Positions 34,316-42,843 of a DNA stretch of 64,000 nucleotides are shown here, piece by piece. Both the position numbers and the translations under genes were made by a program. The notes below the pieces were generated by a model. That model was not told the origin of the DNA. It did not search any database and saw only the letters and a list, made by a program, of their open reading frames with translations. The DNA comes from Paramoeba atlantica (lineage: Eukaryota > Protista > Discosea): positions 1 through 64,000 of the forward strand of contig CDRNVI010000048.1 of assembly GCA_977017575.1 (NCBI GenBank), written 5' to 3'. Every line of letters starts with the position of its first letter. Position 1 is the stretch's first letter.

Positions 34316-35255
34316 GTGTCAAAATATCAGAGGCTCGGGCAAAGGGACAGAGTCACCATTCAAGAGATGTTCGAGGCAGGCGCGACACGGTGTGAGATCG
34401 GCAGGGCTATCGGTAAATCTCATAGCCCCGTTAGCCGTGAGCTGGCCCGTCACAAGAAACGGGGTCGGCGTTACAAAGCCAGCCGCGCATACAGAGTGTC
34501 AAAGCGCCGCTTGTGGTAAGGCTGTGCGTCCCCGGCTTATCTGTGGGCCTGTGGAGCGCCACATTAAGAAGCGCTTAGGACAACTTCACAGCCCCGAACA
34601 GGTAGCCAACACCTTAGTTGTTGGCTCACAGGCTTCACCGTCCGTGACCATTAGTTATCGCCATGTGGCACGCGACAAAGACGACGGCGGGAAGCTCTAC
34701 AAATCCCTTCGGATTCGTGGCAAGCGTCCTTATAGGCGTCGCTTCAACCGAGGTCGCCCAACGATCCCAAACAGAGTCCCCATCCGTCTTCGCCCTCAGA
34801 TATTTAACAAGAGGCGTCGGTATGGGGATTGGGAAGCGGACCTAGGGAAGGAAAAACCACTCAGGGTACATTCTGACCTTGTGTGAGAGAAAGAGTCGGT
34901 TCGTTGTGCAAAGTGTGCATGCGGAAGAAGTTGCAAATCAAATTATAAAATGCTTAAAGAAGTATAAAGTTTGTACCATTACGTACGACAACGGTACAGA
35001 ATCTTCGAAACATGAACGGGTGAATGAAAAGCTTCGTTGCAATTCATATTTCTGCGCTCCGTACCACTCATGGGAAAAGGGGGCGGTGGAAAACATGAAT
35101 GGCCTAATTCGCCAATACCACAAGGCGACCGATCTTTTGATTCACTCAGCCTTACGGAGGTCACCAAGACAGCAAGAAAGTTGAACAAGTGGCCGAGAAA
35201 GGTTTTACGGTGGGAATGTCCGAAGAAATTCGAAAAACTCTTTTTCAAGGTTTGA
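34316..35255 (+). mobile_element. IS30-family transposase pseudogene (copy A), near full length, several frameshifts
   Basis: HTH SKYQRLGQRDRVTIQ..EIGRAIGKSHSPVSRELARH; SPEQVA; RYGDWEAD; ERKSRF; TITYDNGTE; YFCAPYHSWEKGAVENMNGLIRQY; LNKWPRKVLRW. These motifs occur in the order typical of IS30 transposases. Confidence 0.9.
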
Positions 35256-35953
35256 AGAGTGACGTTATGTAGGTAAGTCGAAAGTATAATAGTATAAAAG
35301 TAGAAAGTATTTCTGTTGGCGTTTAGTCGCTTTTTCAATATTTCCAAGCTATTTTCCTTGATGGTACTCCGAGGAAGTAGCTGACTACGGGCAGGCATGG
35401 TACACAACCATCCTCCTCAACCCCCTTCAACCCTCTCGCGAACTGATCGAAGTTCTTCTCCCCTCCGATCACCTTCCTCACACGAGAAAGGCAAATCTGC
35501 CGACCAAACCCTTTCATCTATCACCCCACCCAACCACGGTAGCCTTCCGTTACCCCATTCCGGTAGCCAACCCCGTTCTCTTCTATCCCCATTTCGTCAT
35601 CAAGATAACCATCGTCTTCAACCCTCCTCGCACCCCCACCTTCCCAACCCGCCCGACCAACCCCTTTCTCCTCTGTCCCCATCTCATCAAGGTAAACGGT
35701 AGTGTTCAACCCTCTTCACGTGCCCAACTTCCCAACCCACCGGACCAACCCCGTACTCCTCTCTTCCCATCGCATCAAGGAAACCCCAACCTTCAGCCCC
35801 CTTCACACCCCCGACTTCCCAACCGCCCGTTCCGACCTTCTTCGTACCCCAGACTTCCCAACCCCCTTCTTTGCGGCCTTTCACACCACGGCCCCAACTC
35901 GACGCCTCACTCCCCACGTGAGTATGGTAAACTTCATGATCAACCCTTTTCTC

Positions 35954-36150
35954 ACTCCCGACTTCCCAACCCTCCCGATCACCCCTCTTCCCATCCCCGT
36001 CTTCGAAACCCTCCCAACCCCTCCCCTTCCCACCCCCGTGTTTCCAACCCTTCCAATCACCCCTCTAACCACCCCCGACTTCCAAAGCCTCGCGGCCACC
36101 CCCCCTCCCACCCCCGACTTCCCAACCCTCCCAACCACTACCCTTCCATT
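35954..36150. repeat. Degenerate 39-bp tandem repeat (about 5 units)
   Basis: Plus frame TPDFPTLPITPLP/IPVFETLPTPPLP/TPVFPTLPITPLT/TPDFQSLAATPPP/TPDFPTLPTTTLP. Confidence 0.8.
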
Positions 36151-36151
36151 A

Positions 36152-36678
36152 ACTCCCCACCTGAGAATGCTAACCCTCCCCCACAACCCCCTGCGTCTCA
36201 CTCCCCACACCACACTAACCCTCCCCCACAACCCCCTGCGTCTCACTCCCCATATCACACTAACCTTCCCTCCCAACCCCCTGCGTCTCACTCCCCACCT
36301 GAGAATCATAATCCTCCCCCACAACCCCTTGCGTCTCACTCCCCACACCACACTAACCCTCCCCCACAACCCCTTGCGTCTCACTCCCCATATCACACTA
36401 ACCTTCCCTCCCAACCCCCTGCGTCTCACTCCCCATATCACACTAACCTTCCCTCCCAACCCCCTGCGTCTCACTCCCCATATCACACTAACCTTCCCTC
36501 CGAACCCCTTGCGTCTCACTCCCCACACCACACTAACCCTCCCCCCCCAACACCCTGCGTCTCACCCCCCACCTGAGAATCATAACCCTCCCCCACAACC
36601 CCTTGCGTCTCACTCCCCACACCACACTAACCCTCCCCCACAACCCCCTGCGTCTCACTCCCCACACCACACTAACCC
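36152..36678. repeat. 45/48-bp C-rich minisatellite, about 12 units
   Basis: Unit ctgcgtctcactccccacaccacactaaccctcccccacaacccc. tgcgtctca recurs 11 times from 36192 to 36649 with spacings 45,45,48,45,45,45,45,46,48,45. Confidence 0.97.
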
Positions 36679-36680
36679 AC

Positions 36681-37654
36681 CGCATTCCTGATGGGTGCAC
36701 TTACACTATTCAAGTGCATGATGTTTTTATAATTCGTCAGTTCAAAAGATCTTACAAAGGGGTACTGAAGGATTTCCGGGCAAAGACAAGGTCACGGGAG
36801 AAGATAACCAGAGAGGTTACTATGGAGCTTGTGAAGAAGTCACACGACCCCTTTTGGAAAAAATACGATAAAACCATATTAGATGTGGCCAATCGGTATA
36901 TAATGGAACCCATGATCACGTACCCCTGGGAATGGAAACAATCAGGTGAGAACGGGCCTTCGAAACAAAACTATAGAAAGAGAAAAAGGGAAGCAAACAA
37001 AATAGCAAGAGCTGATAAGCTCCATGAATCTGTGGCCCAATCGAGCCCGATGGAAAGTGTCGAGACTATGCCAAAACAACACGTACACAACTCTGATGGT
37101 ATTACTTCATCACCAGTTGTGTGTACGTTACTAAGTGCAGATTCCGATGAGGGCTCATCGCAGCGGGAGTCCTCTCCGATAATTCTTTCGGATGACGCAA
37201 CTCAGGAGAAGGAGCTGCTGCGATCACAGCACAAATGGAAATCCTACCAACGGAGAGGTTCTTTTCTCCCTGGTAGCGTTGTAGACGACCTATGTTTGGC
37301 GGCCTACCGGAAATTCAAAGAAGCACATCCGGCCGAAGATGTTGTACGCTGGGGTATACATCACACATAAAATATCTGTGCGTACAAGAAATATCCCCAA
37401 AAGTATCGCATGCCACCCAAGTGTACGCGGTACTGCATTACGAATATCATTATATTCTCCTTCATATCAAGGCTCATATTTTGAATATTTATGACAGATT
37501 TTTTGAACATGCCTCAATAGCACGTCGGGCTAATGTCACAATTTTCCGAGACAGACTTATTTCTCACTTAGAAATAAGCACAAAGGACCCTTACTTGATG
37601 TATTTCGCCAAATGCCTTCAGCAAATGCCTGGCGAAAAATATAATATAATGTAA
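36681..37654 (+). pseudogene. pogo/Tc2-like (DDE_1) transposase C-terminal remnant followed by a possible Ulp1-like segment
   Basis: RIPDGCTYTIQVHDVFIIRQFKRSY fits the pogo-family IPGGxTxxLQxLDVxxxxxFK motif; frame switch near 37350-37360; downstream VYAVLHYEYHYILLHIKAHILNIYD. Confidence 0.6.
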
Positions 37655-37949
37655 TAAATAACTTATGTTGTTCTCTATTTGGTGTCGAAAAAGAGTATAT
37701 TAGCAGATCAACACTATGCAAAAATTGGTCTCCACACCTTGACTAGACAATAATTTTTATCAAATTCATAAAATCTACCACTCCTGATGTGAGTGCGTAA
37801 TGGGGAAATATGGTCGGGACCCCCTCGTGGTCTTCCCTGGCACTGCTATCTTATCGATCATACAGACGCCGACCTTCATTAGACAAAAATAGAGAACAAA
37901 AATATAGACAAAAAAGAACAGGCCATATTGAAATTTCATGAAAAAATGC

Positions 37950-38047
37950 TGACCCCCCCACTTAAGAGTCCGGAAAATTGTGACCCCCCCACTTAAGAGT
38001 CCAAATGTCCAAAATCGGCGGACTCTTAAGTAGGGGGGGGGACAGTA
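37950..38047 (+). mobile_element. Right end of a TA-flanked element: terminal IR plus two subterminal repeats
   Basis: tgacccccccacttaagagtcc at 37950-37971 and 37981-38002; inverted terminal copy ggactcttaagtagggggggggacag (38020-38045) followed by TA. Confidence 0.8.
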
Positions 38048-38653
38048 ACTAACGCTCTACCCTCGATTAGAGAAAAAAATCAACTAAAACAGTGAAAATA
38101 TAAAGTGGAACACAGTAATATAATAGAAGAAAATATATAGAAGGGGGCTCCGGTGGTCCAAAACTGAAAAAAATTCAAAACATGGGGGGTCCATGGCGGG
38201 GGTCCAGGTGTGGGGGTCCAGGGGTGGGACAGACGTCGCGAATTTTTTGTCGAATTTTTTGCTTTTCAAAATCGAGCGCAGGGAAGTCGTAGAGTATGCC
38301 GCGGCGATATTTTTCCAGCCCCCCACCTGGGGTGACCCCCCCTGGTACGCGCAGGAGGGGTCCGACACGGTCAGAATTTCCGAAATTTTTGGGCTGACCA
38401 AAAAAAATCTTTTTTTGACCCAGAAAAAAGTAAAAATATTATTTTTCCAAAATCGACTCCTAAAACGTATTTTAAGAGTTTTGGACCTCAGCTACCATTC
38501 TACGACATTTTTTTCGTCAGATTCGCCTCCTAACCGTATTGGTAAGGCATCAAAAACGGCCCAAATTTGGGTTAAAATTTCGCAATTTGCGCATACAAAT
38601 CGGGCTATTACACCCAAAAAAAAAAATTGCTTTTGCATGATGTTTTGGTGATT

Positions 38654-38762
38654 TTTTTTAGTCGCTTCGTTAAACGCGGAGGTAGTTTTCAACGCGAAGC
38701 GCGCAGCATGAGTGACTTCTAAGTTGAAAACAACCACTGCGTTTAACGAAGCGACTAAAAAA
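38654..38762. repeat. 40-bp inverted repeat with 29-nt spacer (possible mini-MITE)
   Basis: ttttttagtcgcttcgttaaacgcggaggtagttttcaac vs gttgaaaacaaccactgcgtttaacgaagcgactaaaaaa, 3 mismatches. Confidence 0.88.
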
Positions 38763-38782
38763 GAAAATCAAGTGTAAAGATA

Positions 38783-39125
38783 TTTGATGCAAATGATAGA
38801 CGTCAAAAGATGTGGGTTGCCCCAGGAGAAAAGGCCGTCCCCACGCAGAAAATGCGTTGGGCGACCAAATTTCACGTGTGGGGAGCCATTGGAGTTGAAT
38901 GGCGTTATTTTGAAGTACTACTATCCAACAGTTCAGTCACAAGTGAAACTTGTGTAGAAACGTTCCCTGTGTAGAAAGTAATGTTCCCTTTCCCCGAAAA
39001 TTTATCTTTCAGCAAGATAGGGCGGGGCACACACGACGAAAAGTACGAAAACCTATTTCTTTACTTCAAAAGTAAAATACATAACAAAATGGCCGGCAAA
39101 TTCTCCTGACCTTAATTCCATTGAG
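38783..39125 (+). pseudogene. Second, heavily decayed Tc1-like transposase fragment (absent from the ORF track)
   Basis: Manual translation: FDANDRRQKMWVAPGEKAVPTQKMRWATKFHVWGAIG...stop; FIFQQD; KWPANSPDLNSIE. Confidence 0.85.
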
Positions 39126-39503
39126 GTTGTAGATTTGAGGAGGTTGTATTGAGGAGGACCTTAATTGTATTGATGAAATGAATCCGTTTTGTACTACTTC
39201 TCCAATTAAGTGCGTAAAAAAGCTTTTAATCATGCGAGATCACGCGAGATCTCTCTAGAGCTGATTTGGCTCGGGAGGGTGGTTGGACGACCTCGAAACG
39301 AGATCACGCGAGATCATGCCCACAGCCCCTCTAATGTATTTATACGTATGGTAAACGGCTTTAGCGGCGTTCAAAGTGGTATTTCAACTCTTTTACACTC
39401 AACTTTACACTTACTATCCCCCCTATTTAGTGTTTAGATTCTTATTTAGATTCCTTCTAGATACCCTCGAGAAAACTTTGCTCTCTAGATGTCATCACTT
39501 ACT

Positions 39504-39710
39504 TGAGGGGCTGCGGGTGGCGATGTTTCACGAGGCTTCGCGAAGCTTGATAAGGGATTTATCATGTTCTCAACGTTTCGCGAGGTTTCACCGAGGTTTC
39601 GCGAAGTTTCATCGACGTTCCGAAAGGTGTCATCGAGGTTTCTTGAGGCTGCATCTGGGATTCACCAAAGTTTGGGAGAGGTTTCTCGAGGTTTTACCCA
39701 CAGCCCCTCA
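39504..39710. mobile_element. 207-bp mini-element with 15-bp TIRs and internal 10-11-bp repeats
   Basis: tgaggggctgcgggt / acccacagcccctca (1 mismatch); internal cgaggtttc-type repeats; orphan end cccacagcccct at 39319-39330. No TSD identified. Confidence 0.6.
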
Positions 39711-40457
39711 CGTGAAGATCTTTTATCAGGATGGACACAACATTGACCAAGGGCGTTTAACCCGAAGCAGTTTCGCAGCCAACACACTGTTTTTTCTGCC
39801 TTTAACGGCGAAATTGAGGAATGGCAGCAAATAAGCCAAAGTAGTACACGTTGCAGAGAACATTTGGGAAGTGAAAAAGGTTCGAAATATAGAGAGTACA
39901 TTTCCAAGGAAGTTCGAATTCCCATTCAAATTATTTCTCCTGCATATTTCCTTCAAAAAAATCAATTCGAAAAATATTGAAAAATTTCACTTTCAACCTA
40001 TATTTATACTGCATATTACCCAAAAGGGGCTTCGGAGGTTTAAAATAGAATGAATTTTTTTTGAAAAAATCAGATAAATTGGGAGTCTACGGGGGTCCAT
40101 GGGGGCACACGTGAGTAATCTTTTTTCTTTTCGAAATGAACCCGCAGAAGGGGTAGCCGGGGTCTTGGCGCCCGGCTTACCTTACCCCCCTGGTAGTATC
40201 TGCAGGATGACTCCGCCAAATTCGGATCTTTTCAAAAAAAAATCAGGCCTCTCTTCAATTAGAATTATGGATAGACCATGGAATCATCCTGTGAAAAACT
40301 TTGAAAAACAAGTTTTTCTCTCTTCCTTACCGTCTTCGCTTATCCCTTACTCTCCGCTTAGCTTATACTCTCCGCGTATATCCTTCTCCCCGCTTCGCCT
40401 TCTTTCTGTCTCTCCGCCTCCCCGTGGGGAAGGAGGAAGAAAGACACAGACGTGGAT

Positions 40458-42455
40458 TTACATGAGGGATCTCATCACTTCCATAATGGCATTTTGATCA
40501 ATTTCTATGCCTCCAACGAAGCGAGAAGCGTTTCGCTTTCGTGCCTTTTTTTGATTTTCTATTATCTTCATTTTTCTAGTTGGATCGCCAGCGTGGCATT
40601 TGCGAGCAGCATCTTTTTTTATGCCCGAAATTGTTTCTCTCGCCACTATTTTCTCCCCCATTTTCGCTACGATTGGAATATCAAGAGTACTACGCGGAAG
40701 ATAGTTTTTTAAAGCACAACAAATACGTCGACTCATTGTCAAGGCGTCTACTTTTTCGCATAATAGTGATAAAGCGCCTACGACAACCTTGTTTACGCAA
40801 ATATCAACTTTTACGAGATTGCATTCCTCGTAAAAGGGTTCATCATATTCAACACTCCCATACCCACTCGTTAATTTCTTCAAGCGGTCATGCACACCGC
40901 GGCAAAACGCCGCAAGCGGTAAGCGAAACGTAAGCGAAAGTCGATTACCGCTAAAATTTTGTGAATTTACCTGTTCACCACGAAACGCTTTCAATAGAGT
41001 AATTACATCAGAGACGTGCCGTCTTTCAAGCACCACGACTGCGTGTACGAGAGGTTGTAGAAAACATTCTGCCTGATTGGACAAAGAATGAAAGTTATGT
41101 GCTGTCACTTTCTGATTTGTTCCATCACGCATACGGCACAAATATTGTATGACAGCGGGAGTAATGAGCACAGTTTCATCATACTCCTGCTCCAGACGTT
41201 CTTTAAAAATTTTCATATGAAGCAGTCCAAGAAAACCTAATTGCCATCCCTGACCCAAGGCATTACATTGAACTGGTGTCAAAGTGACACTGGGATCATT
41301 GCTGGTAAGTTTATAAAGTGCATGCTGTAAACGAACTCGTTCGGTACTCTGATCAGGAAAAAGTCCAGAAAATACAACCGGACAAGCAGATTTAAATTTC
41401 ACAACAGGTGTTGCGTGGTGATTTAGAGCAGTTAGAGTTTCTCCGATACGAGGTCCCTTGTGTCCCAAATTGTTTATCACAAAGAGTAAGTAACCAACCT
41501 GGCCACACCTTAATTGTGTAGTGCGTACTGGCTCGGGGTACATGATACCTACCTCAATGACGTCAAGAGCGACTTCACTCGTTAAACACTTTATTCTTTT
41601 TTTCGGTTCGACTGTACCGTCCGCTACGCGGATAAGGCAACGTACGGTTGAAGAGCTCGGATCTGGCCATACATCAAAAATAACAGCTCGAAATGGGGAA
41701 GTAAGATCTCCAGAGGGAGCAGGAAACCTTCTAATTATTTCTTTTAGTAAGTGTTCAACCCCCTTCTCCTTTCTAGCCGAAGTTAGCAAAATTTCAGATC
41801 GAAATACCCCCATGGCGTTCTCGATTTCGTCTTGCGCCTTTCCTACATCTTCGCACAGTAATACAGAATCTAATTTGGAAAGTGTTGGTATAATTTCTAC
41901 CCCTCTATCTAACGCAGCGTGATAATTCGCCATGGTTTGCGCCTGAATGCCTTGATTCGCATCAATCAATAAAACTGCTCCTTCGCATACCGCTAGTGAG
42001 CGTGTGACTTCATAACTAAAATCCGCATGCCCGGGAGTGTCGATAAGGTTGAGCATAAAACTAGCATCACCGTCTTGTACAAAAAACGTACACGTTTGTG
42101 CTTTTATTGTGATGCCGCGCGCCTTTTCAACTTCCAGTTTATCTAAATAACACCCCACATCGCCAGTTCGTTGTAAAACACCGGTTCTTCGCAAAATGGC
42201 ATCCGAAAGTGTTGTTTTTCCATGATCAACATGCGCAAGAATACAAAAATTGCGGATGCGGGGTGGCGGAAATGTCGATATTGCTATCGTTTGGCGTGGT
42301 ACACCATCTGTGTTTCGCTCCGGAATCATCGGAGAAGCAATGCCCATATAATCTAAGGATGGTATGATCGAACTACAGCAACACCGGTAGTTTTGTCGAA
42401 GGAGCTTCCATGATGATTGCCGAAAAGATGCTCCCTGAAGCGAAGCTGTCCACAT
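40458..42455 (-). CDS. GUF1: Translation elongation factor 4 (LepA/GUF1), probably mitochondrial
   Basis: IRNFCILAHVDHGKTTLSD, RGITIKAQT, LNLIDTPGHADFSYEVTRSL, GFLGLLHM, KCHAGDPTRKMKIIENQKK; N-terminal extension. Confidence 0.93.
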   Translation of the reverse strand: MWTASLQGASFRQSSWKLLRQNYRCCCSSIIPSLDYMGIASPMIPERNTDGVPRQTIAISTFPPPRIRNFCILAHVDHGKTTLSDAILRRTGVLQRTGDVGCYLDKLEVEKARGITIKAQTCTFFVQDGDASFMLNLIDTPGHADFSYEVTRSLAVCEGAVLLIDANQGIQAQTMANYHAALDRGVEIIPTLSKLDSVLLCEDVGKAQDEIENAMGVFRSEILLTSARKEKGVEHLLKEIIRRFPAPSGDLTSPFRAVIFDVWPDPSSSTVRCLIRVADGTVEPKKRIKCLTSEVALDVIEVGIMYPEPVRTTQLRCGQVGYLLFVINNLGHKGPRIGETLTALNHHATPVVKFKSACPVVFSGLFPDQSTERVRLQHALYKLTSNDPSVTLTPVQCNALGQGWQLGFLGLLHMKIFKERLEQEYDETVLITPAVIQYLCRMRDGTNQKVTAHNFHSLSNQAECFLQPLVHAVVVLERRHVSDVITLLKAFRGEQVNSQNFSGNRLSLTFRLPLAAFCRGVHDRLKKLTSGYGSVEYDEPFYEECNLVKVDICVNKVVVGALSLLCEKVDALTMSRRICCALKNYLPRSTLDIPIVAKMGEKIVARETISGIKKDAARKCHAGDPTRKMKIIENQKKARKRNASRFVGGIEIDQNAIMEVMRSLM

Positions 42456-42843
42456 TAAGGAACTCTTTCTTTTTGCAGATTGTTTCTTTTTGCAGATTTG
42501 TTTTTACTTTTCCGATTGAATTTTTCACTACACGTGCTCACGCATATCGTTATAAAACTTTTGATACAAGAGTATCGTTCAACTAAAATATAATTAAGCG
42601 GGGTTGCAGGACCGCATATGCTACTTACAGATATGTTACACTTAGCTTGTTATTACAGGTATGTATCTTGTGTGGCCGCCTACTTTAAAAGTTTTACCCG
42701 GTTTATTCGACCGGTTGAAGATGAATTTATTCGAATACAGAATTCGAAGGGTAGCATGAAGAGAAAAACTATTTCACCCGAATAGTCATTGCTTCGCCGA
42801 AGGGGGCATACAATTAGGAAAAGTCAGTCATGTGCTCAGAATT

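Noticed and set aside
34250-35310. Putative IS30 terminal inverted repeats (tatact.. upstream; gttatgtaggtaagtcgaa downstream)
   Set aside because: Only 6-7-bp matches between the ends, too weak to define element boundaries.
36152-36678. Interstitial telomere
   Set aside because: Only one CCCTAA-like unit per 45-bp repeat and no tandem hexamers.
38047-38056. AACTAACGCT, identical to the first 10 nt of the kinetoplastid spliced leader
   Set aside because: The conserved second half (CAGTTTCTGTACT) and the GT donor are missing; one 10-mer match in 64 kb is plausible by chance.
38084-40497. Assorted 60-150-aa ORFs on both strands in the right half of the nest
   Set aside because: They translate low-complexity or repeat DNA and show no protein motifs.
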